A stretch of 64,000 nt of DNA from an uncultured Nitrososphaerota archaeon (GCA_963842885.1 CAWJIE010000003.1:194684-258683); one strand, 5' to 3'. Counted from the stretch's first letter, positions 1 through 10,110 are shown. The notes: generated from the letters alone by a model not told the origin. Numbers and translations are program-made.

Positions 1-1140
1 GCTCTGCTTGCAGAAGCCAGGCAGATAGTTCGCAGCCTTTCCGGAGTTCACGCCTGTCGTCCCATAGCCCATGTCCTCGATGGGCGATACGACCATGCAT
101 GTATCCGCAACGACCCTACCTCCGGCTTTCTCTATGGTATGAACAAGACCCATCCTGGCGGCGCAATCCTTCGTCATCCTCGATGTGCATATCCACAGCG
201 GCTTCTTGACCTTCCGGCCCTTTAGCTTCTCAGCCAATTCGGTTATCTCGCGCAAGGACGCGTGCGGGCAACCGAGTATGACGATGTCGGCAACCTTTCC
301 CGTGTTCAGCTTGGCATAGGTCTCCTCCAGTTCTTTTTGGCCGATTTCGACCTTTTCCAGCCCGGCAGTCTCCCAGAGGTGTGCCTCGGGGGTCTGGTCT
401 CTTACATGGTACATCGCGACCGCTCCCGAGGCGGCCATCGCAGCCCCCAACGCCTTCAACTTGTCCGTGTCCGACTCCGGCAGCCCGACGAAATAGGGGT
501 TCTTATTCCTCACAATCTTACCAACGTGGTAACCCAGCGCACCGTAGTCCGCGCTCGATTTCAGCTCGGCTTTAACGTTAATCAGAAAGTCCGGCTTCCG
601 GTTCGCGTCCAGGTGCAAACCGTAGTTGGGCGTGACGCCGCACAGAGCGGCAGCCAGTGCGCTCGGGCCGCCCTCGCGGTTCGTCCGGGCGCCGATGACG
701 GAATTCGAGAATGCGATGGCGGAAGATTCTGACCAGGCTATGTGTTCCCGGTACCTCGGCAGGTTGCCAGCGAGGTAGGGCGTGCAAGTAGCGCTCGTCA
801 CGATGCCCATCTTCCCGAAAGCGTCCATGATGCGGGTTTGCTTCTCCGCGAACGCCTTGGGTATGCCCATAGCTTTCCAGTCGTCCATGTCCATGCCTGC
901 GGGGTTGAGGAAGGTGACAACCTTCACTCTTGCACCCTTCTTTGCCAAGTCCTCCAGGAACTCCATGCCGGGGTCCTCGATGGACTTGTAGGATACGCCA
1001 GCCACCTGGACCGAGCCGACGGGCACCATCTTGTCTGCTCCATAGATGTCGCCGAGCCTGACGAGGAGGCGCAGCATCCTCTCCAAGACCTCGCCGTGCT
1101 CCCCTGCCAGCGTCTTTTCCTCTTCCTTGGTCAGATACAT
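1..1140 (-). CDS. Aconitase-X (DUF521) large subunit, putative phosphomevalonate dehydratase large subunit; C-terminal end lies beyond the window
   Basis: Absent from the ORF track because it runs off the window. Manual reverse translation from ATG 1140..1138 (AAGGAG about 8 nt upstream) is open to position 1: MYLTKEEEKTLAGEHGEVLERMLRLL...HIAWSESSAIAFSNSVIGARTNREGGPSALAAAL...VILGCPHASL. Resembles AcnX large subunits and sits in a mevalonate operon. Confidence 0.7.
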   Translation of the reverse strand, partial: MYLTKEEEKTLAGEHGEVLERMLRLLVRLGDIYGADKMVPVGSVQVAGVSYKSIEDPGMEFLEDLAKKGARVKVVTFLNPAGMDMDDWKAMGIPKAFAEKQTRIMDAFGKMGIVTSATCTPYLAGNLPRYREHIAWSESSAIAFSNSVIGARTNREGGPSALAAALCGVTPNYGLHLDANRKPDFLINVKAELKSSADYGALGYHVGKIVRNKNPYFVGLPESDTDKLKALGAAMAASGAVAMYHVRDQTPEAHLWETAGLEKVEIGQKELEETYAKLNTGKVADIVILGCPHASLREITELAEKLKGRKVKKPLWICTSRMTKDCAARMGLVHTIEKAGGRVVADTCMVVSPIEDMGYGTTGVNSGKAANYLPGFCKQS

Positions 1141-1253
1141 TCTATCAGCTCCTTCTAACTCGCAAACAGTAGTTCTATTTCATCCTTGCTTGCATTGTCC
1201 ACGTGCACGCCGCCGACGGCGGCCACGGTCCGACCGTACTTCTTGCTCGCTGC

Positions 1254-1448
1254 CTAGGCTATCGGTTTCAGAACCATATACTCATAATGGTTGCCCAGCT
1301 TGACGACGCGCGCTTTCTTCCCAGGCTCCATGACTATGGCAGTACCAACGTGGGACCTCTCCCTACCGCCGAGGATGTAGACCAAGTCCTCGCCGACCTT
1401 CTCCTTCCTGAGCCAGACCTTGCACTTCCCCTTACCGTAGGTATTCAT
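1254..1448 (-). CDS. Small hypothetical protein (64 aa); an in-frame TAG is followed by 32 more open codons
   Basis: ORF track. Fills the gap between the UbiD-like gene and the AcnX gene. N-terminus GKCKVWLRKEKVGEDLV..LGG weakly recalls the AcnX small subunit (DUF126). Confidence 0.3.
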   Translation of the reverse strand: MNTYGKGKCKVWLRKEKVGEDLVYILGGRERSHVGTAIVMEPGKKARVVKLGNHYEYMVLKPIA

Positions 1449-2739
1449 CGAGGTTCACGCTAGAATACTTGACCTTGTCGTATTCCTTTGGCCCGACTTC
1501 AAGCGGCATCGTCGCATCGATGCCGACCTTAGCTGTCAGCGCCTTCTTGCCAGAATGGTCCGCAGACGGGTCCAGCGAGGAGCCGGGCTCCTTCTCCTTA
1601 ATGACGAGCCTCTTGTCACCCTGGAACCTCGTGGCGATTGCCCACTCGACGGCGTTCATATCGTAAATGTCAACATCATCGTCGATTATCACGACGTGCT
1701 TCATTGATTTGTGGCCCCTGAAGGCAGCCTCGATGGCGTTCTTGCCGTCCTCTGGCTTCTCCTTCTCTATCTGGACGATGCCGTGCAGCCATGAACCTCC
1801 TCCGATGGTGATGAGGACGTTCTTGCACTTGCAGACCTTGCTCACTTCGTCGTAAATCGTGGGCTCCTTCGGCATGCCCATCAGTATCTTGTGCTCCAAC
1901 CTGCCAGGCAGTAAGCATTGGTACATCGCGTCCTTCCTGTGCGTTATGCAGTCGACGACGAATACCGGCTCCTTCCTCTCGAAGTCGCGCATCTCTGTCA
2001 GGTCGACGAATGGCCCCTCCTTGTCCACGTCTTTCGTGAGCCGCCCCTCGAGGACGAACTCCGACTCAGCCGGGACTTCCAGATCCTTCGTCACACACTT
2101 GACCAGCTTCGTTTCGTCAAGGGCGTTGGCGATTGCCAGCTCGTCGACTCCCGGCGGCGGCCCGAGCGACGCCGCGACCATCACGGGAACAGAGCTTCCG
2201 ATGCATACCGCCATCTCCAAATCCCCCTGCAGCTTATCGTAGGTCGTCCTGGTCTGGCGCCCGGGTACAAGCCTCGCCGTGAACTTGTTCTTGCCGTGGA
2301 ACATCAGCCTATGGTAGGCCATGTTGCGCCCCGTCTCCGGGTCCTTTATGATTGCGCATGTCGCCGTCGCGTACGGCCCGCCATCCCCTGGCAAGTGCGT
2401 CAGCAGCGGCAGCATCGAGAGGTCGGGATCCTTGACGACGACTTCCTGGCATGGCCCCTCGCTCGCCACCTCCGGAGGCACTGGCTTGCGCAGAGCCTCT
2501 ACGAGCCTGAAGAGCATCCTATCCTTTGTAGTGTCGAGCCCCTCAGCGATGATATCCCTCGACGAAGTGATGCCGCCGAAGACCGGGAATCTGCTGCCCT
2601 GGACCTTCTCGAAAATCGCGGGCTTCTCGCCCATCGTGTTCAGGACGTTGCCCAGCTCGAACTGCAGGCTCACCTCCCTGCTTATCCTGGTCAGCTTTCC
2701 CTCCGACTCCAGCCTCTTGAGGAAACTCCTTAGATTCAT
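1432..2739 (-). CDS. UbiD-family decarboxylase, candidate anhydromevalonate-phosphate decarboxylase
   Basis: 437-aa ORF with UbiD-like length and blocks (FGGITSSRD, GDGGPYATATC, HRLMFHGKN, GGGSWLHG). ATG at 2739 lies just after the mvk stop (GTGTGAAAATG). Flanked by mvk and AcnX. Confidence 0.8.
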   Translation of the reverse strand: MNLRSFLKRLESEGKLTRISREVSLQFELGNVLNTMGEKPAIFEKVQGSRFPVFGGITSSRDIIAEGLDTTKDRMLFRLVEALRKPVPPEVASEGPCQEVVVKDPDLSMLPLLTHLPGDGGPYATATCAIIKDPETGRNMAYHRLMFHGKNKFTARLVPGRQTRTTYDKLQGDLEMAVCIGSSVPVMVAASLGPPPGVDELAIANALDETKLVKCVTKDLEVPAESEFVLEGRLTKDVDKEGPFVDLTEMRDFERKEPVFVVDCITHRKDAMYQCLLPGRLEHKILMGMPKEPTIYDEVSKVCKCKNVLITIGGGSWLHGIVQIEKEKPEDGKNAIEAAFRGHKSMKHVVIIDDDVDIYDMNAVEWAIATRFQGDKRLVIKEKEPGSSLDPSADHSGKKALTAKVGIDATMPLEVGPKEYDKVKYSSVNLDEYLR

Positions 2740-2741
2740 TT

Positions 2742-3722
2742 TCACACCCCTATCGTCGTCTTCAAAGCCTTAAATCCTGCCTTCTCCATCGCTGCGGCGA
2801 CCTTCTCCTGGGTCGCCTTCTCCGGCGTCAGCGCCACCATGTATCCACCGAGCCCACCGCCGGTCATCTTCGCCCCCGCGGCCCCGTTCTTCCGCGCTAT
2901 CCCGACGAGCTCGTCCAGCATCGGATGCGAGACCTCAATCTGCTGCAGAAGTGAGTGGTTCTCGTCCATGAGCCGCCCAACCTCAGCGACGTCGTACCTG
3001 TCGAGCGCTGCGCGCGCCTTGCCCGCCAACTCGAGGGCCTTCGCGAAGATAGCCTCGTATTTCTCAGGCTGCTCGGCCTTGCGCTTCCTCACGCCAGCAA
3101 CCGCGGCCTCGGTGTTCGTTGTCAGAAGGGTGTTGCCCATAACGATGCACAGCGGCTCCTTGATCTTCAGCTGCTCCATCGTATTCGGCCTTCCTTGGAG
3201 GTTCTTGGCAAACCATAGAAGGCCGCCGTAGGTCGAAGCGGTGTTGTCTATGCCAGAAGGCGTCCCAGCGTAGGCGCTGTCGCCGATGAATGCTATCTCG
3301 TTGATTTTCTTATCGTCGAAATCGAGTTTGAACTCTTCGTTTAGGGCTCTCGCCACCGAAACGCAAACAGCGGCGCTCGCCCCCACTCCGCCGACGGCGA
3401 TGAGGTCGCCCCCCAGAAGAATCTTAACAGGATTCTTCCTCGGGTCGACGCCCGCAGCCTGGAACACCAATTCTATTGACTTCTTCTGCTGAGGGAACTT
3501 CTCCGCCTTGTAGCCCGGATTCGCGGGCCTTTCATCTTCCATCACCCACCCATCGCCTGCCATGGAGCCCTCCTTGCCGGAAGGAGCTGGTAGCTGTCCT
3601 TTCACGCGCTCAACGGTAGCCACGGTAGTCGAGTTTATGGCTGAGGCGATGGACGGTATGCCGTAGACCACGAAATGCTCGTTGAACAAGATGACCTTGC
3701 CGTATCCAGAGCCTTTACCCAT
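2742..3722 (-). CDS. mvk: Mevalonate kinase (GHMP family)
   Basis: Internal ATG at 3722 preceded by GGAGG. MGKGSGYGKVILFNEHFVVYG N-terminus, GGDLIAVGGVGASAA and KMTGGGLGGYMVAL GHMP motifs. The longer 450-aa ORF extension is low complexity. Confidence 0.85.
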   Translation of the reverse strand: MGKGSGYGKVILFNEHFVVYGIPSIASAINSTTVATVERVKGQLPAPSGKEGSMAGDGWVMEDERPANPGYKAEKFPQQKKSIELVFQAAGVDPRKNPVKILLGGDLIAVGGVGASAAVCVSVARALNEEFKLDFDDKKINEIAFIGDSAYAGTPSGIDNTASTYGGLLWFAKNLQGRPNTMEQLKIKEPLCIVMGNTLLTTNTEAAVAGVRKRKAEQPEKYEAIFAKALELAGKARAALDRYDVAEVGRLMDENHSLLQQIEVSHPMLDELVGIARKNGAAGAKMTGGGLGGYMVALTPEKATQEKVAAAMEKAGFKALKTTIGV

Positions 3723-3933
3723 TCTCGACCCCTCCAGCGCGCTACCCCTCCGCCGACCCGTTCGGAAGGCGCTACGCGGGGCACGGTGGCATATCGTCGA
3801 GCTCGATAAAAACGTTATTGCGAGGGACCAGCGCCACTTTCCCCTCAGGTGGTCTTCCAGCCTCTTCCGCTCGTCCATCGTGAAGATGACCCCACGGTGG
3901 GGGCAGCGCACCGACTCGGCGACAATCTCCTCT

Positions 3934-4143
3934 CCCGAACTGGACTCCCTGGTCAAGGAAGCGAGGTTGGCCGGCTTCGCGGGGGCCAAGCTGACCGGCG
4001 CCGGCCGAGGGGGATGCATGATCGGCTGGCCGGGGACGGGCCTCTGGGAAGCCGCCTTCGAGGGCTTCCGCTCCAAACACCCAAATAGCTTCATCAGTTA
4101 CATACCTTCGGAAGGCGTGACCACTTGGGAGACACCGTCGTAG
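3934..4143 (+). pseudogene. Isolated C-terminal fragment of a second GHMP-family kinase (relic)
   Basis: Plus-frame translation PELDSLVKEARLAGFAGAKLTGAGRGGCMIGWPG...ISYIPSEGV matches GHMP motif III and the C-terminal tail. There is no room for an N-terminal domain (mvk starts at 3722 on the other strand). Differs from the C-terminus of the resident mvk. Confidence 0.5.
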
Positions 4144-4886
4144 TCAAGCTGGGCGGCTCCTTCATCACGCAGAAGGACAGGCTCTTCACATTCAGGGAGA
4201 AGGAAGTCAAGGAGGCGGTCTCGGCCATGAAGGGAACGGGCTGTGACTTCGCCATCGTCCACGGCGGAGGCTCCTTCGGGCACCCCGTGGCCAAGAGGTT
4301 CGGCCTTTCGGGGAGCACATTCAGCAAGTCGTCCGCCGGGGTGTCGGAGACCAGGCTGGCCATGCACAACCTCTCGTACCTTCTCTACATCCAGCTCGGG
4401 ACCGCGGGATTCAAACCCTACCTCATCAACTCGTCTTCGCTCATCAGGATGGACGGGGGTCCCCTTGCCGGATACTCCACATTGCTGGCGGAGATTGGTG
4501 AGGACGGGGCTGACGCCTCTCACGCACGGCGACGTCCAGCTCTTCTACGAAGGTTACAGGATAGTCAGCGGCGACCATCTGGCGTATCTTTTCTGTAAGG
4601 CCCTGAAGCCTTCCAGGATGGTGTACGTGTTCGACCAGCCGGGGATACTCAGAGACGGCGGGGGACCCGGCGAGCGTCATCAGGGAGCTTACGGTCGCCC
4701 AAGCGAAGGAGCTCCGTTTCGAAGGGGCCGAAGACGCGACGGGGGGACTTGCGACGAAAATCAAGACCGCCTGTGAAATCGCTTCGCTGGGAGTCGAAAC
4801 ATGCTTCGTGAGCGGGTTTGACAGAGATGGCCTTATTAGAGCCCTGACTGGTGAGAAGTTCTCGGGGACTGTTCTCAAGGGGTAGT
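4125..4886 (+). CDS. Isopentenyl phosphate kinase (amino-acid kinase fold); two apparent frameshifts
   Basis: TTG start. VVVKLGGSFIT and IVHGGGSFGHP in frame 1. GLTPLTHGDVQL..RIVSGDHLAY..VFDQPGIL in the next frame (shift at the GGGG run near 4507-4510). ASVIRELT..ATGGLATKIKTA..VLKG-stop in the third frame (shift at the GGGGG run near 4659-4663). Confidence 0.8.
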
Positions 4887-4891
4887 TTGGG

Positions 4892-5966
4892 ATGGGGATC
4901 GAAGAGAGGAAGGATAGTCATCTGGACATCTGCCTCCACGAAGAAGTCGGCGCGAAGGTCGAGACGACTCTTTTCGAGGATGTGTACCTAGTGCATCAGG
5001 CCCTCACGGAGCTCGACCTTGGCGCGGTCGACATGGGAACCACCTTCCTGGGCCACAAGCTGGCCGCGCCGCTTCTCATCGATTCTATGACGGGCGGGAC
5101 CACCATGGCGAAGGAGGTGAACAGGACACTCGCTCAGCTGGCCGAGAGGAACGCCATCGGAATAGGTGTGGGAAGCCAACGGGCAGGCCTTGCTAGGCCC
5201 GCCGTCGCGGAGACCTACTCCGTGGTGCGCAAAGAGGCGCCCCACGCCTTCGTGTTCGGAAACCTCGGCGGCGTGCAGCTGGTGCGAGGCATGACCGTGG
5301 CCGATGCCAGGAAGGCCGTCGAGATGATACAGGCCGACGCCCTGGCGGTGCACCTCAACCCCCTGCAGGAGGCGGTCCAAATGGGCGGAGAGGCGACCTA
5401 CAAGGGGATACTCGACAAGGTGGTTGAGATTGTCAACGGGCTGGAGGTCCCCATCATAGTCAAGGAAGTGGGTGCCGGAATCTCGAGGGAGACAGCCGCT
5501 CGCCTCGCCATGGCGGGGGTGAAGGCCATCAACGTCTCTGGGGTCGGCGGCACTAGCTGGGCTGGCGTCGAGAGCATAAGGGCGCGGCGAAAGGGGGAAA
5601 CGTCGACGGCTGAGCTGGGGGAGGCCTTCTGGGACTGGGGGATACCCACCGCAGCAGCTCTGATAGAGGTCAGATTCTAGCGTGAGCCTGCCGCTGATAG
5701 CCTCAGGCGGGATACGGAACGGCATAGATGCAGCCAAGGCCATCGCGCTCGGTGCCGACGTCGTGGCCATGGCCAGGCCTTTTCTTTACGCGGCATCGAT
5801 GGGAGGAGTCGAAGGTGCGCAGCGGATGACCGACGCCTTCACGTCTCAGCTGAAGCTCGCGACCTTTCTCACCGGGTCTTGGAGCGTCCCATCCCTGAAG
5901 AAGGCGAGGTACGTCCTGACCGGCAAGCTGCTCGACTGGAAACACAGCCTTGGTGACCATGCTTGA
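4892..5966 (+). CDS. fni: Isopentenyl-diphosphate delta-isomerase type 2 (FMN-dependent); one apparent frameshift near 5668-5672
   Basis: EERKDSHLDICL, IDSMTGGT, IVKEVGAGIS and VSGVGGTSWA, then LPLIASGGIRNGIDAAKAIALGAD in the +1 frame. Confidence 0.85.
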
Positions 5967-6949
5967 GCCTGCAGGATGAAACCAAGAGGATCGCGCTCGA
6001 AATCAACGCCTTCGTGGCCGAGCAAATCAAGGGGGATCCGCCTGCCCTATACGACGCCTCCCTCCATCTGATTCAGGCCGGGGGAAAGCGGCTGAGGCCC
6101 TTCATGACACTGAAGTTCCATTCCCTCTACAGTGATGACGAGTCGGCAGCCATACCCGCCGCGGCCGCTCTGGAGCTGGTTCACAATTTCACCCTGATTC
6201 ACGACGATATTATGGACAGGGATGAAATCAGGCACGGGGTGCCGACCGTCCACACGAGGTTCGGCGAACCTCTGGCCATCCTAGCCGGGGACGTGCTGTT
6301 TGCCGAGGCCTTCAGACTCGTCGCAGAGACGCCAGCCCTGGCGGGTGACTACGGCAGGCTGGACAGGGCGGTGAAGCTCCTGGCGGAATCCCTCGTCGTG
6401 CTCTGCGAAGGGCAGGCCATCGACGTGGAGGCTTCCACGGGAGAGCTGTACACTGAAGAGCGGTACTACGACATCATCAGGAAGAAGACGGCGGCGCTCT
6501 TTGAAGCGGCCTCGGTGATGGGCGTCATTACAGGAGGGGGGAACGAGGAGGATATGCACAGCGCCAGGATGTACGCCCGCAACGTTGGAATGGCCTTCCA
6601 GATCGTGGACGACCTCCTCGGCGTGGTGGGCGATTCCACCGTCACGGGAAAGCCGGTGGGCAACGACCTCAGGGAGGGGAAGAAGACGCTACCCATCTTC
6701 ATGGCCGTGCAGAGGAGCGACGATGGCGACCGGGGGCTGCTCCTCAAGGTCTGGGGGAAGGCCGATGCCAGACAGGAAGACGTGGAGGTTGCGGTGGAGG
6801 TACTTCGGAGGCTGGGGATCGACAAGGCCGCGCGGAATCTCGCGAATGACCACGTCGAGAAGGCCCTGGGCTTCTTGGGCAAGCTTCCAGGCGATGACAA
6901 GCATTGGCTTGCTGACCTGGCACACTTCGTCGTGAAAAGAAAGATATAG
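5963..6949 (+). CDS. idsA: Geranylgeranyl diphosphate synthase (trans-prenyltransferase)
   Basis: 328-aa ORF with both aspartate-rich motifs (LIHDDIMDRD and FQIVDDLLG). TTG start. Confidence 0.85.
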   Translation: MSLQDETKRIALEINAFVAEQIKGDPPALYDASLHLIQAGGKRLRPFMTLKFHSLYSDDESAAIPAAAALELVHNFTLIHDDIMDRDEIRHGVPTVHTRFGEPLAILAGDVLFAEAFRLVAETPALAGDYGRLDRAVKLLAESLVVLCEGQAIDVEASTGELYTEERYYDIIRKKTAALFEAASVMGVITGGGNEEDMHSARMYARNVGMAFQIVDDLLGVVGDSTVTGKPVGNDLREGKKTLPIFMAVQRSDDGDRGLLLKVWGKADARQEDVEVAVEVLRRLGIDKAARNLANDHVEKALGFLGKLPGDDKHWLADLAHFVVKRKI

Positions 6950-6979
6950 AAACACGCGGCCATTGCCCCTATCCATACC

Positions 6980-8732
6980 TTGGCCCTCGCGGAGCAGGTC
7001 CTTGACGCGATCAGGAGGAACGCCCTAGCCAACGCCTTCCGTCACGGCGGGAAGCCTGACGCTGGCGCCACGCTTGGGAAGACCCTCTCGGAGTATCCTG
7101 ACTTGAAACAGAACGTGAAGGAGCTCATGAAGGAAGTCGTCCGGGTCTGCGGGGAGGTGGGGAGCCTCTCCGCGCAGCAGCAGGAGGAGGAGCTCCGAAG
7201 GCGGTATCCCGAGGCGCTGGCGGAAAGGAAGCCGGTTAAGGAGGAGCGGAAGCTCCCTCCGCTGCCGAACTTCGACAGGTACAAGGAGATCAGAACGCGG
7301 TTCGCTCCCAACCCGGACAGCGTTCTCCACCTCGGTTCCACCAGGGCGATCATACTGAGCCACGACTACGCCAAGATGTATGGCGGCAAGTTCATACTCC
7401 GTTTCGAGGACACTGACCCTCGATTGAAGAAGTCGGTCCTTTCGTTCTACGGCTACATCCGCGAGGACCTGGCCTGGCTCGGCTGCGCACCTGACGAGGA
7501 GTACATCCAGAGCGACCGCATGGAGATCTACTACAGGTACGCCGAGGAGATCATCTCGAAGGGCGGCGCCTACGTGTGCACCTGCAACCAGGAGTCGTTC
7601 CACTCACTGGTCGAGAAGCGAGAGGCCTGCTCCTGCAGGGAGCTGGACGTGAAAGAGAACATTGGCCGCTGGGCAAAGATGCTGGATGGAACCTATGCAG
7701 AAGGAGAGGCCGTGATGCGCGTGAAGACTGATCTGAACCACCCCAACCCAGCCGTCAGGGATTGGCCTGCCCTCCGCATCATCGACACCAAGAGGCACCG
7801 CCACCCCCGAACCGGGTCAAAGTATCGTGTGTGGCCCCTCTACAACTGGGCGGCGGGCCTTGACGACCATCTACTGGGCGTGACGCACATAATCAGGGGG
7901 CAGGAGCACTACACGAACATGGTCAGGCAGAAGTTCTTCTACAAGAGGTTCGGCTGGGAGTATCCTGAGGCCATACACTACGGCCGTCTGAAGATAGAGG
8001 GAGGCGTGCTCAGCAAGAGCAAGATAGAGGCGGGCCTTCGGCAGAAACTCTACGAAGGCTACGACGACCCCCGCCTTGCGACCCTGAGGGCTCTGAAGAG
8101 GCGTGGAATCACGGTAGAGGCGATACGTCGGCTAATCTACGAGGTGGGACCTAAGGGAACAGACGCCGTCATAAGCTGGGACAACCTTCTCGCCGCGAAC
8201 AGGCAGATAATCGATGGCAGGAGCTCCAGGTACTTCGCTGTCCTAGGAAAGGGGAGTCCCGCTCTTGGTCAGAGGCCTGGTGAAGGACATCCGGGTCGAG
8301 ATGCCGCGCCATCCCGGGGTCTCCGATAGACCAGGGAGGGTCTTCGAGGTCGCCGTCGCTGACGGGGAAGCACACCTCCTGGTGAACGAATCCGACCTGA
8401 CGACGATCGCTGGTGGAGGCATGGTGCGCCTGATGGGGCTGATGAATGTAAAAGGGGGGAGGGCGGTCCTTGGGGGCCTGACCGTCGATTTCGACAGCTT
8501 TGGGGTCGACGAGGCGAGGCGTGCCGGAGCCCAAGCCATCCAGTGGCTGAACGCGGGGAAGAACGCAGAGATCTCGGTCAAGATGTCGGACGCGTCGGTC
8601 AAGGCGGGCCTGGCCGAGCCACAGATACTTGAAGAGAAGGTAGATGCCACGGTGCAGCTGGAGAGGCTCTTCTTCGCCAGAGTGGACTCCATCGGACCGG
8701 GGAAGGTCGGGTTGTACTTCACTTCACGCTGA
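6980..8732 (+). CDS. gltX: Glutamyl-tRNA synthetase (archaeal type); apparent frameshift near 8251-8258
   Basis: RFAPNPDSVLHLGSTRAIILSH (HIGH-like) and GGVLSKSKI (KMSKS-like). The C-terminal domain continues in ORF 8265..8732. Confidence 0.85.
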
Positions 8733-8750
8733 CGGCTTCGCTGTGAGTTC

Positions 8751-8768
8751 TGAAAAGTTTAAAACAGG
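8751..8768 (+). promoter_or_regulatory. Putative BRE/TATA promoter (TGAAAAGTTTAAAACAGG) for the L7Ae operon
   Basis: Purine-rich stretch plus TTTAAAA about 40 nt upstream of the 8807 start. The same 14-mer recurs at 14193-14206. Confidence 0.5.
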
Positions 8769-8806
8769 TTCCTTGCACGGTAGAGGTCAAGGGTGAGTAT
8801 GAAAAG

Positions 8807-9203
8807 ATGACCCCGTCGGAAAGTCCGGCCGGCAAGCCTTACTTCGTGAAGTTTGAAACACCTAAGGAGCTGGCCGAAGCCGCATATGAAGCCGTTCGTC
8901 AAGCCAAGCAGACAGGAAAGGTCAAGAAGGGAACCAATGAGACGACCAAGGCCATAGAGAGAGGCACGGCCAAGCTCGTCGTCGTCTCCGAGGACGTCGA
9001 GCCGCCAGAAGTCGTCGCACATCTTCCGATGCTCTGCACCGAAAGGAAGGTGCCATATCCTCTATGTGGCATCCAAGCAGCAGCTGGGTGCCTCCATGGG
9101 GATGGACGTCCCCTCGGCGGCCTGCGCCATAACCGAAGCTGGAGAAGCGCAGCCCCTCCTCGAACAGATCCTGACAAGCCTGAGCAAGATTCAGGTAGGC
9201 TGA
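8807..9203 (+). CDS. rpl7ae: Ribosomal protein L7Ae; apparent frameshift near 9059-9061
   Basis: [35 protein letters not shown], then [28 protein letters not shown]-stop in the next frame. Confidence 0.85.
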
Positions 9204-9209
9204 TCCTAG

Positions 9210-9428
9210 ATGAGCAGCAAGGCCACCGAAGAGAAGCTGACCCCAGCAGAGGTCATCCAGATCGTGGGAAGGACGGGGGTGGCCGGGGAGATCACGCAGG
9301 TCAGAGTGAAGATCCTTGAAGGCAAGGACAAGGGACGGATCCTGACAAGGAACGTCAAGGGGCCCATACGTGCGGGAGACACCCTTATCCTTCGCGAGAC
9401 CGAGCGCGAAGCTAGGAAGATCAAGTAG
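9210..9428 (+). CDS. rps28e: Ribosomal protein S28e
   Basis: 72 aa; [49 protein letters not shown]. Confidence 0.9.
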   Translation: MSSKATEEKLTPAEVIQIVGRTGVAGEITQVRVKILEGKDKGRILTRNVKGPIRAGDTLILRETEREARKIK

Positions 9429-9438
9429 GGAATGACTC

Positions 9439-9633
9439 TTGCTGTCTCTTAGGAAGTGCAGTTTCTGCGGCAAGGACGTCACACCGGGGACTGGCATACA
9501 GATCGTGCGAAACGACGGCTCCGTGTTGTACTTCTGCTCGAACAAGTGCAGGCTGAACCAGCTCAAGCTCAAGAGGGACCCACGCAAGCTGAAGTGGACC
9601 TCAAAGCATGTGAAGGGTGGCAAGGGCATTTGA
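9439..9633 (+). CDS. rpl24e: Ribosomal protein L24e
   Basis: 64 aa; [22 protein letters not shown] zinc-ribbon motif. TTG start is forced because no in-frame ATG precedes the conserved Cys. Confidence 0.9.
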   Translation: MLSLRKCSFCGKDVTPGTGIQIVRNDGSVLYFCSNKCRLNQLKLKRDPRKLKWTSKHVKGGKGI

Positions 9634-10110
9634 GCGCCGGCGCCTTTGACATCACAAAGGTCGGCACCTACTCCTCTGATGAGCTGAAGGGCAAGACCCT
9701 CGTCCTGGTCAAGCCTGACGCCTTCTCCAGGAAGCTCGCGGGCGAAATCATCGGCAGATTCGAAGCCAAGGGCTTCGGCCTCCTCGAAGTCAAGAAGCTC
9801 GAGCTGACGAGGGAGCAGGCAGAGGACTTCTATTCCGTGCACAGAGGGAAGCCCTTCTACGAGAAGCTGGTGGCGTCGATATCGGCGGGTCCCATCGTGG
9901 CCCTGGTGCTGGAGGTCCCGGCTGAGCAGAGACACCAAAGGGAAGACGGCCGTCGAGATCGTCCGCCTCATGGTGGGTTCGACCAACCCATCCGAAGCCG
10001 CTGCGGGCACCCTTCGAGGGGACTTCGGGCTGGACATAACGGACAACGTCGTCCACGCCTCGGACTCTGTTGAAAGCTTCGTCAAGGAATCCAAAGTCAT
10101 CTTCAAGTAG
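9630..10110 (+). CDS. ndk: Nucleoside diphosphate kinase; apparent frameshift around 9910-9945
   Basis: [52 protein letters not shown], then [35 protein letters not shown] in another frame. Confidence 0.85.

Noticed and set aside
1254-1256. TAG read as pyrrolysine or another sense codon (also the TAG at about 52584 in the ATPase N-terminus)
   Set aside because: TAG terminates many well-defined genes here (IPK, idsA, rps28e, ndk, rps6e, aIF2-gamma and others). No Pyl machinery is visible, and the sequence has many indel-type errors.
2742-4094. 450-aa ORF suggesting a long N-terminal extension of mevalonate kinase
   Set aside because: The first 124 codons are Pro/Ala/Arg-rich low complexity with no GHMP similarity. 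A GGAGG plus ATG at 3722 gives a normal-length kinase. The opposite strand of the extension carries a GHMP motif, which indicates the extension is not coding.
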